Positions 1 to 12,114 of a stretch of DNA of 64,000 bases are shown in pieces. A program made the position numbers and the translations under genes. The stretch lies in contig OZ024740.1 of assembly GCA_964016885.1 (NCBI GenBank), forward strand, positions 307,768,001-307,832,000. Reading direction: 5' to 3'. The DNA comes from Eledone cirrhosa. Lineage: Eukaryota. The notes under the pieces were generated by a model. That model ran no database searches, was not told the DNA's origin, and saw only the letters and a list, made by a program, of their open reading frames with translations. The first letter of the stretch is position 1, and each line of letters opens with the position of its first letter.

Positions 1-390
1 AGCGGAGGAGTACAGGTGATTGATTTTACCCCTTAGGTTGGTATTTACTTATTTTATCAACCTTGGGGGATGAAGGGCCAAATTGAATATGATGGAATTT
101 GAACATAGACTTTTGAGAGATAAATAGTGCTGGGTAATCTAACACGCTTACAATTTCTGCTACTGCACTCACTTCCTTATAGTAATTATATATATATATT
201 AATATAGGTACAAGGGTTGATTGTGGTGGTGGGGGCATTGTTAATTAAATCGATCCCAGTAATTTAGCCGGTACTTTGGAAGAATCAAAGAGAAGAATGA
301 ACCGAGATGGGATTTAAACTGCGGACGGAAAGTGACATAACTAAAAACACAGCGAGGCATTTGGCCCAGCACTTGACTATCCGTTGTCTT
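1..390 (-). mobile_element. Two degenerate tRNA-SINE relics (family of 53593-53785)
   Basis: Diverged matches to ggtactttattttatcgacccc..ggatgaaaggcaaag..ggatttgaac at about 40-105 and 245-320. Confidence 0.45.
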
Positions 391-1172
391 AACAACAACA
401 ACGATAATTTAATAATATAACAATAACGGGAACAATAATAACAATGAACTAACTTACTTTTAGAATGTTAAAAAAACAACAAAAACATATCAGTATTTTA
501 CAAAATGAAAAAAAAAGCGAGATAAAAGGCATGAAGAATATTAACAAAAAAAAAGAAAAGAAAAGTAATTTAAATGGATTCATACAATATTTCTAACTAC
601 ATAGTAATTAAATAACTATATAACAAATATTAACAAATTTTCCTCAGGAGTACCTGACTGACAGTTCACTCCCTTTAATTTAAGGACTTACGTAACTTAC
701 GAGCACATTATCTACTAAGGACAATTTTATTGATGCAATAAATTACAAATTTATAATCTTCATTTCAACTACATATCAAATTTCAAACTGCATGCATCTA
801 CAGAATACTATTTCCTCTGCCATGTGCATGTGTGTACTAACTCATGTACGTTTGTGTTTTTGTGGGTGGGGTATAAAACATGCAGCAGTAGAGTAAGAAT
901 CTAATCCATCCTATTATTAACTAACCTCTGTTTATATATAAAAATATACCATCAATATTCCATGTTCTTATGAACAAACAGAATTGAAAAGGAAAGGGCA
1001 GTGCCCATGACATTGCTTAGAATGTCTCAAGCAGGCAGCAAGGAGAGGAGGGAGGTGTTCTCAAACCAGAGAACTGGTTTGTATATTTGCAAGAGTGGAC
1101 ACTGTAAAGGTATGCAATGGCCAGGTGGTAGTGGTTTTAAAGCAGACAGCAGATTCAGTCTACTACCCGAGG

Positions 1173-3240
1173 TTAAACTTTTTTATATTAACCTGCCCCA
1201 AACCACCTGGTTCTATGAAACAAAACCACTTATTTTAAAGGGTTCCCATTAAAATTAAAATCTTTCAACATAATTTTATATAAGAACCATTCGTTAAAAT
1301 AATAACTTAATAACAATCACAACTCTCACCAACTGTCTTCTTCATGCCAATCTGTCTGCCATGCCCACGATCTTTGCTTCTCAGCCAGTCTGACCGCTCT
1401 GAGGAAGAATGATGGAGGTGTCCGTTCCATCAATGTGGGCAACGTCTTCTGATAACTTGCAGCCTAGATAGCTTACAAGTCAGTCAAAGTCAACGTGAGC
1501 AAGTTGCTAAGCCCTGTCCAGCTCGGAGTGGGAGTTAAGTGTGGATGTGAGGTGGCAGCTCATGTGGACGGACGCTTTATAGAACACATGCCTCATTCGT
1601 CACCCCACCTCCTAGTGAAGCTGAACATCAGAAACACTTTCAACAGTGTTAAGCAGAATCATATCTTAGATGATCCCCTCAATATTGCTTCTTACCTCTT
1701 ATAAGGAACACCCAGCATACTCATGGCTGCTGATAACAAGGTCACTTCCACCACAAGTGTCTAGCAAAGAGACCCACTCAACCTGCTGCTCTTTGCGCTG
1801 GCAGTAAAAAATGTTGCCCTCTCTTCCTGGTTGCCTTTCAATGCCTGGTACCTGGAACGATGTGACCCTAGGTGGCTCAGCTGAGTCAGTAGTTGAGGAC
1901 CTTCGGGTAATCATCCCAGCTCTAAAGCTCCTCGGACTCAGATCAACCCATCCAAGTCCAAGTTGATAAACATTAGCTACAGTGAGTTCCCGGGGAACTG
2001 CTTTGCCCTTCCTAAATTCTTGTTCAAGCTGCGTGGGGCACCTTGTCATCCTCTTGCAGATCACCTTTATGAACTCAATGTCACCATCCAATGTTGTGCA
2101 GAACTCATCTGCAATGTCAGTTTCGGCAGCACCAGCTGGCATTAGGTGAGGTTTTGTGGTCTCAGCCTCTGATCCGCACCGGCCTACCTCTCCTTAATCT
2201 TTTCCAGTCACACCATCATCAACAAGACAGCAGAACCTGAACTGGAGAAGGCTCTGGCAGAATGGACCAGTGAAGACCTCTCCATCCCCTCTATACAAAT
2301 TTTGAATGTAACTGGGATGACATCAAGTGCAGGTCTACCTTCAGGTGGATCGAGTCTAGCTGGACCAACACCGCCTCACCTGCCTCCATTCTGCCTCATA
2401 ATGAAACAGTGGTACCCTTGTTGATGACGAGTGCACTTGCATTGGAGTAGCCCAACACCTTGGCCTATGCATGTGTGTCACATAAATGCCATTGTGGAGC
2501 TGTCATTGACGAGTTCAGCCTGCACCCATTATCATACTGCCAAAGTGCAGGCCAGTTCCCTCAACATGTCACTCTCAACGACATAATGAGAAGGAGCCTT
2601 GATGCAGCCGGCTTCCTATCACAACTGGAGCCAGTAGGCCCCGGCCGTGGTGATGGCAAGCACCCTGATGGAATTACCGTCTTCCCTTTTGAAGGAATTA
2701 AATCGCTCATCAGGGACATGACATGCTGTGACACATTCTCCACCTCACCTCCAACTTAGTTGCCTCAGCTAGAAATCCCAGTACCACAGCTCACAATGTA
2801 GAGGACAGGAAGACAAGCAAATACCGTCCAAACCTCAGGCATCCATGGATACTGGACAGTTGACCTCCTCTTTAAAATTGGATCAATAGCAGCCTATCAG
2901 AGGAAGGAGCACCACAAGGTGAAGTGGCTATTGCAATGGGTGTTGCTGACCATTATCTTCGGAAATGCTTTTGCCATTTTGTCCGTGGGACACAGCAAAA
3001 AAACCATTCTGACCTAGGTGTAGAGTCTGTCACCCTCTCCCCTCTCCTTGTCTTTCCTCCTTTGTCTAATAGTCCTTGTTCTTCCTTCCTTTTCCTCTCA
3101 TTTATGGCATTTAGTCCTGTTTTCTTTTTCTGTATGTTTAACCAATTTCTTCATTAAAAAAAACAAAAACAGCAGAGTAAGAAAAACAAATTAATTGAAA
3201 TACAGTATATTTCATTTGGAATTGGTAATGAAAGGATTAA
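1173..3240 (+). mobile_element. piggyBac-like (TTAA) MITE family B, split by a CRE insertion (halves about 1173-1310 and 3185-3240)
   Basis: Left half aligns to the starts of 26918 and 42301; right half ttaattgaaatacagtatatttcat..aaaggattaa aligns to their ends; TTAA at both termini. Confidence 0.55.
1325..3160 (+). mobile_element. 5'-truncated, degenerate CRE-clade non-LTR retrotransposon (RT + restriction-like endonuclease)
   Basis: LTALRKNDGGVRSINVGNV; LSPVQLGVGVKCGCEVAAH..LVKLNIRNTFNSV (RT); CHCG..H..C zinc knuckle and LEPVG.GRGDGKHPDGITVFPF..DMTCCDT (RLE); pyrimidine-rich 3' UTR and A tail; many stops and frameshifts. Confidence 0.85.
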
Positions 3241-3299
3241 AGAACCATTGTAGCTAGTATAAAAGAGTGATGAACATTTGTGTATCAGTTGGATGGCCT

Positions 3300-3880
3300 T
3301 TCTCTTTATATATATTTGTGTGTGGCAGCTGCACTGAACCAGTTATATGAACAATATTGGATGCACTTGTACATTATAAGGCCAGTACCTGTTTAAACCT
3401 GAAGTATTTTATAGCCCTAAGAGAAAACACAGCCTTGGAGATGTAGTCTTGGCTATCTCTTTGCTATGTTATTGAAGTGTTGTTGCTATGAAAGGTCATT
3501 AGAAGTTAAGTATTTGTAGAGATTATAAAATTGGATGTATATTGTTCACGAGTAGCAAAGGTGTAGTGTTGTATATGTGTTTCCTTCATATGTGTACTGA
3601 TTGAGCCCTTAAGGTTTTGAAGTATTTGTGTAGAGAAGCATTGTTTGGACTAGTTTGTATGTGTATGAAGCCTATGTGAAATTATATGAAGGAAGACTGA
3701 AAAATAGTATCATCATCTGCATAGAAATATGTAGTGAAAGAAATAAGAGGATAGAGACAAAATACATTCTTACCTAATGGAATTGGGGCTGGAGAAAACC
3801 TTCCTACACACCTTATAATGGAATGATCTGATAGGAAACTTCCAATGTAAGAAATCGATTGTATTTCAGCACCAAGTTAA
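3300..3880 (-). mobile_element. Highly decayed CR1/L2/Jockey-like LINE RT fragment
   Basis: Minus strand reads FYADDDTIF near 3700-3726; little else recognisable. Confidence 0.3.
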
Positions 3881-3899
3881 GAAGCCATAATCACTAGGT

Positions 3900-4620
3900 C
3901 TTTTTAGGGTTATGTCCAGGGCAACATTATCCAATTTCTCTTTTAAGATAGTAGGTCCAAATTTAAATGGCATTTGTTTACTATTACTAGCAGATCGAGC
4001 AACCATGCCCTTGACATCAACTCTAAGTTGATGTCAAGGGCATGGTTGCTTGCATGGTTTACTATGACCACAAATATGTGAACTAAAAAAAGCAGCAACT
4101 CTAGCTCTATGTAAAAATATTGGTCACTGGATAGAAAAGGGACTGAAGGTAATAAGGGAAGTTATAATTTGTGGCTGTCCACACTTTTGAGAAGTTTTGG
4201 TTGGCTGTCAGAGAGGTTGGCTTTCTTGGACACATGGAAATACATGATGCTGTGATAGATATTCATAACAGGTACCAGCTCAACATCACACTAAGGGAGA
4301 TAACAAGAACCTAATGATGACAGGTACCCAATTTTTTTTTTTTTGTATAGTAGTTGAAGGAGTATGGGACATAGATTTTCAGAGAAACTAACTTAACTTC
4401 AACCAATGAAGGATCCTATGAACCTCTATGTGGCTGCTCGACCAATAGTGACAGATAAATCTCCCGCAGATTATCACACCCTATCCTCTTAAAAAAGAAT
4501 GACTACATTGGGCAATGTAGTCCTAGATACAAAAACAAAACAAAAGAATGAAATAATCATGGCTGGAATTCTTTTACTGATAGGGTTGCTCAATCAGAGA
4601 TGAGCTGGGGCTAAACAACA
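3900..4620. repeat. Two oppositely oriented copies of an unclassified interspersed repeat (about 3900-4005 minus, 4425-4620 plus)
   Basis: tggttgctcgatctgctag..cctactatcttaaaa..attggataatg vs tggctgctcgacc..ccctatcctcttaaaa..attgggcaatg. Confidence 0.5.
3998..4050. repeat. Perfect 25-bp inverted repeat (3-nt loop)
   Basis: agcaaccatgcccttgacatcaact-cta-agttgatgtcaagggcatggttgct. Confidence 0.95.
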
Positions 4621-4779
4621 ATTACCATGACATTTAATTCATGACGAATCTTCTACAATAAATTTCCATCAACACTGACCACCACAACAACAGTAAAAAA
4701 GAATACCACTAACTTTTAGTTCTCTTCTCAAAACCTTAATTTCAAACTGTCCCATTGATTTACATAGAACATCAAACAG

Positions 4780-5640
4780 CTATTTAGCCATTTCAGATCT
4801 TTCACCCTGTTTATCCAAATGTCTTAACAGCGAGAATTACACACAATATCACAACCACTAGATACTTCAAAGGAGATGACACAGTGATATGCTGTGCAAC
4901 AGAAGACTCATCTGCACATGATGAAACAAACATGTACAAGACATTAATCTGCACCAATCTTTTTCCTCCCCTCCATACACCTTCCCCAATCTTAATTTTT
5001 CCCCCACCTTCAATCACCAACTAAGTATCCCAGCTTGGACCTCTCTCACTCATTTTGTTCACATCCAACTTGCATACATGTTCACCTGCCACTCCAAAAA
5101 CAAACCTCTGATTCACCACTCCTATCCAACCCATGTATTCAAGCATGAAAAGCTGAGTAGGCTCCATGCCTGTTCTCACAGTGCTGCTGCCATGTCAAAA
5201 ACATCTGGTCCACCCTGCAATGTGATCCTGCTGGATAAAAAGCACCCAGTTCATGCTGTAAAGTGGCTGATATTAAGAAGGGCATCCAACTGTAAAAATC
5301 AAACCAAAACCCAAATCCGTATGAGCAAGACATGGAAAATTGATGATGATAAATGCACCCATTACACTCTGTAAAGTGTTGATGCCATGATAAAAGACAT
5401 CCAATACACTCTGTAAAATACTAGTACCCCAATAAAATGCACCCAGTAAACTCTGCGAAGTGGCTGGTGATCAAACACAGGCAATATAAAGTAGAGCAAG
5501 CTCAATAGTTTGGTTGAACATATGGCAACATCTCAAGTGTAGGTGTCATGATAAAATGCACCCAATACACTATATAGAATGTTAGTGCTACTGCCATAAT
5601 AAAATGCATCCAGGGCATCTAGATATAGAAACTATGCCAA
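4780..5640 (+). mobile_element. RTE-PHD family 3' end relics with decayed tandem 3' UTR units
   Basis: aagaagggcatccaactgtaaaa motif, gatgatgat tail and repeated aaatgcaccca.tacactctgtaaa units. Confidence 0.55.
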
Positions 5641-5649
5641 AACAGATTA

Positions 5650-7000
5650 CTCTGTCAAAGACTTTCTCTAGATCAACAGAAGTTAGATATAGATGCTTTC
5701 TCTTAGCTAAGAACTTGTCTCACTAAAAAGAAGGTATCTGAGTTGCTCCTCCCTGGCATAAGACCAAACTGCATCTCATTTGATTTTATTATTATCCTGC
5801 TGAGGTTGACTTTGCCTTTCATCCTTACGGGGTCGATAAAATAAAGTACCAGTAATGCACTGGGTAATTGCTGGCCTTGTGCCTAAAGTAGAAACAATTA
5901 TTTATGTAATTAGTAGTGCCAGAATTCTTTCTGTCACTTTCATAATTTGGTCCATTAGTTTTATGCCCTGTAGTTGTTCCTTATATTGCATCACCTTTTC
6001 CTTTGTAACAATTTATGAGTATACAGCTATACCAGTCATTGGGTATGGCCCCACCATGTGTTCCCTGATAGATTATGCAGGTGACTAGTTTGACTCCTAC
6101 TTCTCTAAAAGATTTCAGCATCTTAGCAACTACCTCCAACAGACTGACAGCTTTACCATTTTTCATTTCCTTGATTGTGTCTTTAACTCCATAACAGTAA
6201 ATTTCAATAGCTGGTCCTTCTGTTGAGTCAGCTGTCTGTAATCTCTCCCCAACTCATTATTCACATTCATCACCCTCTTATAATAGCATTTTCAGGCCTC
6301 TTTCTTTTAAGTATGAATGATGCTAAGTGCACTGGTGTCATTTCAGACACACTTTTTCCCAACAGCATCCTAGTTTATGCAATGCGGAATACCTCATGTC
6401 TGACTCTCATGTTGCAAGACATTAGCAAACTGTCTGCTTTCAGCTTCTTTGCATGCTAAGTATACCTGTCATATGGCTTCTTTTTTTTATCTACCTGGTA
6501 CTGATCTTTGAAGCCTCCATTTTATATACATATATATATATATACACATAACCATCATCATCATTTAACATGTTTTCTCTGCAAGCAAGAGTTGGACAGG
6601 TTGTTACAGACCAAGTCAGTACTTAGCTGGAATCATTAACTTTTCAGATGAGCCAAGGGCTGCATTTCACATACATTCCCATACTCTACAGTGTATATTG
6701 AGTGTGTTTTATTGTGGCACCAGCACTAAGGAGGTTTTTATGTCTTTGATACAAATGAAGAATCTGCTAGATCCTTTGTTTAGCAAGTTTTTTTATTGCT
6801 GGATGCCATTCCTATCACCAACCACTTCACAGCGTGTACTGGGTGCATTTTTTGTAGCACCAGCATTAAAGAAATTGTTGTGCTGTCCCTTTATGACATG
6901 GTTTCTATGGTTCGAAGCCATTCCTAACACCAACTAATTTACAGAGTGTGCTGGTTGCATTTTATTGTGGCTTGAGCACTAGGGAGGGTGTTGTCAGTAA
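5650..7000 (-). mobile_element. RTE-PHD family fragments (RT N-terminal part and a separate 3' UTR)
   Basis: MKNGKAVSLLEVVAKMLK..IPNDWYSCILINCYKGKGDA matches the 29671-32862 ORF; catcatcat tail at about 6553. Confidence 0.75.
5800..5903 (+). mobile_element. 5'-truncated tRNA-SINE
   Basis: gttgactttgcctttcatccttacggggtcgataaaataaagtaccag..tagaaacaattattt, nearly identical to the 22076, 28651 and 53593 copies. Confidence 0.85.
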
Positions 7001-7175
7001 ATCAATTGAAGTGCTCTCTGTACTCTATGGGGTGGATGATAACATGTTCTAAGTGAGCTGTGTTTGGAAGAGAGGACAGGATGGAGGGATGTAAGAAGGG
7101 TGATTGACATGATGTCATTGATTAAGGGAAGATGATACATACAATATCACAAGTGTATGACAACTATGGTAGGGT

Positions 7176-7387
7176 TTAACACTTTAGCATTTACATTACT
7201 CTATATTTACTATTATATTTTCACGGTAAAGGCTTCACCTCACATAATATTGAATCTATGAGATTTTGATATTTATTTTAAGAACAATACCTTAACATCA
7301 GTATGAGTGGTTGATTACAGGCGGTTTGAATAGAAAGAGCTGGGAGAATTCTGGTTAGATACACCAGTATAAATGCTAAAGGGTTAA
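7176..7387 (+). mobile_element. piggyBac-like MITE family A
   Basis: TTAA-cactttagcattta ... taaatgctaaaggg-TTAA terminal inverted repeats; homologous to 28026-28254 and 35034-35260. Confidence 0.85.
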
Positions 7388-7647
7388 AGGGATAATGTGT
7401 GATGGAAGTGGGCAGGTACAGTGATGGCAGGACTAGTTACTGAGGATCGATATTGTAAGAGGGTGTTATCACTGACTTGATTGAAGAGCCTTCCTTACCC
7501 TATAGAGAGGGGGATGATCTATGTTTAGGATGGGGAGAGGGTAAGAAGGCTGATAGGTATCATGTCATGGGCAAGTGACAGAAGATGGGAGTGGGTAGAG
7601 AGAGTAAATATTATGATGTCAAGGGTGTATGACAAATGTGATGGGGT

Positions 7648-7862
7648 TTAACCTTTTTGTTTCCGGATTTATAATGAAATTTATTAATGCAGAATTTTGA
7701 AGGATTTACTCAAATGATGAATTATTTCGTTCCTAATATAATAATTTAAAATATGTTTCTTGTACAATATCATGTTGGAAGATATAAATTTGTATGGAAT
7801 TTTTTTAAATGGGTGGGTTTTTTTTTCTGCAACTAGGGCCGGGCTGGTATGAAAAGGGTTAA
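7648..7862 (-). mobile_element. piggyBac-like MITE family B (reverse orientation)
   Basis: ttaaccttttt ... aaaagggttaa ends; diverged reverse match to 26918-27152. Confidence 0.6.
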
Positions 7863-8049
7863 AGGAGTGCTGTGTGGTGGAAGTTGACAAGTTGATGTGA
7901 AAAAGGAGAAGGTTAGGGGCAGTGTAATCAAGGATAGAGGTGGGTACAGTGAAGATTAAAACAGTTATTAAAGCTATGACTGGCATGTGCTGATACATCT
8001 TTCCTTCTTTCCACAACACAAACCTGCCTCACCTAGCAATAAATTTGTT

Positions 8050-8250
8050 CTATTCACATTCTTACTGAAGGTAATCCAGGAGTTAAGCTTTTGAAATTGC
8101 CATCTTTGGTCAGTTCCTTCTGAAGACATCCAGTTCTGAAGACTTCCAGATCACCCCTCCCATCTGATGCATATTATTCTTCAATGGCTTATTCAGCACC
8201 ACATCCAAAGATTGTGAGATTATGTAATATCATGGCTTAGGTTGTATTCA
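8050..8250 (-). pseudogene. pogo/Tigger transposase relic
   Basis: Minus strand SQSLDVVLNKPLKNNM resembles the QPLDV..NKPFK motif of pogo DDD transposases. Confidence 0.45.
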
Positions 8251-8926
8251 GCAATAAAGAGTACTTGTCTATTGATGAATGGCCAACTAATTGTGAAATA
8301 CATATAGGCAATCTCTTATGATTTTGTTATGTAGAAAGAGAAAAACAGTCAGTCTTTACATTGTTTGAAATTTTAACAGCAGGCTTATAATCTCTAATTA
8401 TACCAACATTAAATTTATCTTCAATTTTCCAACACTCTTGGATAGTGGATAGTAAACAAAAACACAAAACAAGATGAAATCTGATCAAAATAAAAATTAT
8501 TAGTTTAATGCGCAGGTGGAATGACAAGTGAAAACAGTTATTGATGATGTTTTGGATTGCAATGTGGAAAATCTGGAAAGAATGGAGGAAAGTGCAGAAA
8601 CAAGAGGACGAATAAGGAAAAAAGATTAGGGGAATCAAGCCATGTGTTGACAGATTGGTCACATAGCAACAAACAGACAGGAAGTGAGAGGAACAGGTCA
8701 ACTCTAGTGTTCAGTGGCAGGAGAGCAAATGGAAAGACTGATTGTGATTGTGTGTGTGTGTAAGTGTTTTATTGTTGATGGATGTGTGGTATCTATTTTT
8801 CAAGAGTCTTCCTGGGTACTGAACACTGACAGTGAGCAATGCACAGGTAGGGGGAAGGGGGACTGAGCTTATGTTTGTTGTGTAATGTGTTTGCTGTTCC
8901 TTGTTAGTGCACAAATATATATATAT

Positions 8927-11840
8927 CTAGGGCGGGTAAAATTCCCAAGATCCATGTACGAGTTCTTTCCAGTGGTCTCTGTCCTTCATCATCGCCGCTA
9001 TGTCTTGCATCTTCCAGAGACCAGTGTCTGTCCTTAGGGCATCAATATATGTCATCCTTGATCTCCCTCTTCTAGTGTGTCTGTGTAGGGCATCCCACAG
9101 GAACACTGAGTGCAGTGTCAACTCTGAATGTCAGTGAGTATATCCAGCTATCCTCAGTCTCCTCCGTGTCACTTTAGAACTGACTTTTAGAAGGCTCCCG
9201 TACAGTTCTGAGTTCTTCATCCTCAGTGTATACTGATTAATGTTTAGAGCCATCCTCAGCATTCCCTGTAGCACCCAACCAACATCTGAGTGAGACTCTT
9301 GGTCAGTGTCCAAGTCTCAGACCCGTACAGCAACACAAACTCCACTGTAGCAACAAAAAGATGGATCTTTAGGTCTTTACAAAGGTCTGACTTCCACACC
9401 TATCTCAAACTGTGGCACGCCACCCAGGCTTTGCTCTTCCTCTCAACCACATCATCCTCTGTGTTACCAATCTTTGCTCCCAGATCCAGGAAGTCCTCAA
9501 CTAACTCTAGCAGCTTCCCACCTACATTCATAATCTTCTCTGGCTTCTTAATGTTCTCTACCAGATACTTCGTCTTACTCTCATTCATCCTCAGCCCCAC
9601 ACTCATTGACACTGTCTCCACCTCCTGCATCAACTCTTCTGCCTCCTTCACTGTGTTTGTCACCAGAACTATGTCATCAACAAATTCAGCCTCTGATATC
9701 TTTTTAGCCTTAACTCTCCTGCTCTGAGCCAGTGCTACAATAAAGCCAGAGTCCTGGTGTTTCTCCAGGGCAAGGCGCATACAATAGTCCACTACGATGA
9801 TAAAAAGGTAGGGAGCCAATGTATCTCCTTGGAGCACTCCAGCCAGTATCTCAAAGAACTCCATCATCCCATCAGGTGTAATGACTTGGGCTCTGGTGTT
9901 GGTGTAGAGCAGTGATATCCACTATTTCTTGGGGATTCCATAGGCCTGTAACATCATCAGGCAGTGACAGTTCACAGAATCAAAGGCCTTCCTAAAGTCA
10001 ATGAAAACCATGACAACAGGAAGGCTCTTTGCTCTGGTTGATATTCCCTCTCTGAAGCTGTTCTAGTTGTCCCTGAGCTTCTTCTCCATCTCATGCTGGA
10101 TCCTGTAAAGACCCTGTTGAGGGTTTTTGCCACAAGTGACATCAGTGAGACCCCCTGTAGTTGTTGGTGTTAGAGAGATCTCCTTTCTTTGGCACTGGGA
10201 CGATGTTACTGATCCTCCACTGATTCGGGGTAACTCCTTTTTCCATTGCCTGGTTACAGAACTCCAGGATGATATCAGAAATCATACCTCTTCATCACCT
10301 CTGATGCCACTCCATCATATCCATTGGCCTTGCCTTCTTTGATCTTCTCAATATCCAGTTCCTCAAACAGCTGTCTGATCTCCCCAGTGTTCTGGGCTGT
10401 GGAAGGTAGCTCTCCTAGTAAGGTCTTAAAATGGTCCAGCCATTTCTTCTTCCTATCCTCGGGCCCTGTTCCCTGGATCTGACTCGAACTCCCTTTCTTC
10501 CTCCTTGTGATCTCCATGATGATCGTCCAGCTCTCTTTACACCTAGACCTAATCTTCTCAATCCCCACCTCCTCTCTGGCCTCAGTGTAAGTGGTACGGA
10601 ATTCTTCCTTCATCACCTTCATATTCTCTTTCCTCTCCTCCACAGGATCAACATGGAATTGGTCCTTGGCAGCTTTCAGGCATTCTCTAGCTGCGCACAC
10701 TTTTGGGTCTGCAGAGTTGATGGTCTTCCTCTTTTTCTCTCTCCTCGGTACCAGGGCCTCACTTGCTTCTGTCACTGCATTGGTGAAGTACCTGTACCTC
10801 CTCATCATACTCTCCTCAGTTCCTCCAATCTCTCTCTCCTCTGCCTCTCCACACAGAGCACTGAACCTGTTCCTCACTTCTACTGTGTACCTCTCCTGTA
10901 GCTTATCATCTTCCATGAAAGCACCCCAGTCATAGATCGTACTCCAGGGCTGAGCCTTACTCTTTCTTAAGCTCACCCGGACCTCACTCATAACAAGCCG
11001 GTGGTCACTCCCCAGTGTACTGAAATAACTGAATGGTTCTGTGTTCAGAACACTATTCTGCCACTTTTTCCTCACCAGAATGAAATCAATCTGGGACTTG
11101 GACAGGTGCATATCTGAAATGTAGGTCCATATCTTCCCCGGATTCTTCCTAAACCTTAGGTTGGTTGCCATCAAGTTCACCTCCAGCAGGGTGTTCTTAG
11201 TAGACTCCCATTTCGGTTGATGTTGTTGTGGAAGTACCAGAAAGGATCTTCACTGCTCTCCTTACTCAGATGTGCATTGAAGTCACCCAGAACAAGCAGG
11301 ATGTTATGAGCTGGTGTGGTGTTGACAGCTCTACACACCTCCTCATGGAACTCTTCCGCACTCACATCACTGTCCCCCTCGGTTGGAATATAGGCTGAGA
11401 TGACTGTCAGTCTTGAGTTTCCATTGAAGGTCACCCTCAACACTCGCGGAGAGACAGGTATGATTTCTCTCACTAATAGATTGGATCTTGTACTAAAAAC
11501 AAAACCCACTTCTCCTACTGCAGCATTAGTTGTGTTGCTCACTGCTGATGTGGTGATGAGCTGGCTCCTCTTTCCAATCATCATTCTTTTCACGGGCTCA
11601 TCATATAGGATCTGGGGTTCTTGGATCGCAAGGATCTGCATACCACTCTCCTCAAACAGATGACCCAACTCCTCTCTCTTCTCCAGTGTCCTGGGTATGA
11701 CATTAAACTGCATCCAGTGACAAGGCTCCAGTTTGGGAGTTCAGGAGCTGTGGGGAATGTGGAGTTACCCCATAGTTGTTATCACTCCCAGGTCTGCTCT
11801 GGTCTGGAGCAGTAGTACCTGTTAGGGCCCCATTTATGGG
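8927..11840 (-). mobile_element. Near full-length, degenerate RTE-clade LINE (APE endonuclease + RT)
   Basis: FNVIPRTL..ILAIQE, VLGDFNAH, SQIDFIL, SDHRLV (APE); FFEILAGVLQGDTLAPYLFII, EFVDDI, GLRMNESKTK (RT); broken by frameshifts; (TA)n at the 3' flank. Confidence 0.92.
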
Positions 11841-12114
11841 TTAAATAATTACCTTACTCGAGTGGTGCTGGTAAGGTATTATCAGCCTTTAAAAAGAACC
11901 ATGGAGAGTGTATTTAACAGCACTAGAGTTAGAGCTCTTAACTACACTGTCAAGGAGCAGTCTGGTCATTAAGACTCTGCTGGTTTAGAGCTACAGGGAG
12001 GGCCAGTGGTTGATGGAGCAGCTCTCTCTGAGACAAATATAAAAAATACAGTTTTGTCCTGCAGAAGAGCCATTTAAATTGGCACTCTGATTGTGAGGAA
12101 ATATATATATATAT

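Noticed and set aside
11900-12010. Twister ribozyme upstream of the RTE
   Set aside because: A tagctct/agagct pairing exists but the conserved twister loop and core nucleotides are absent
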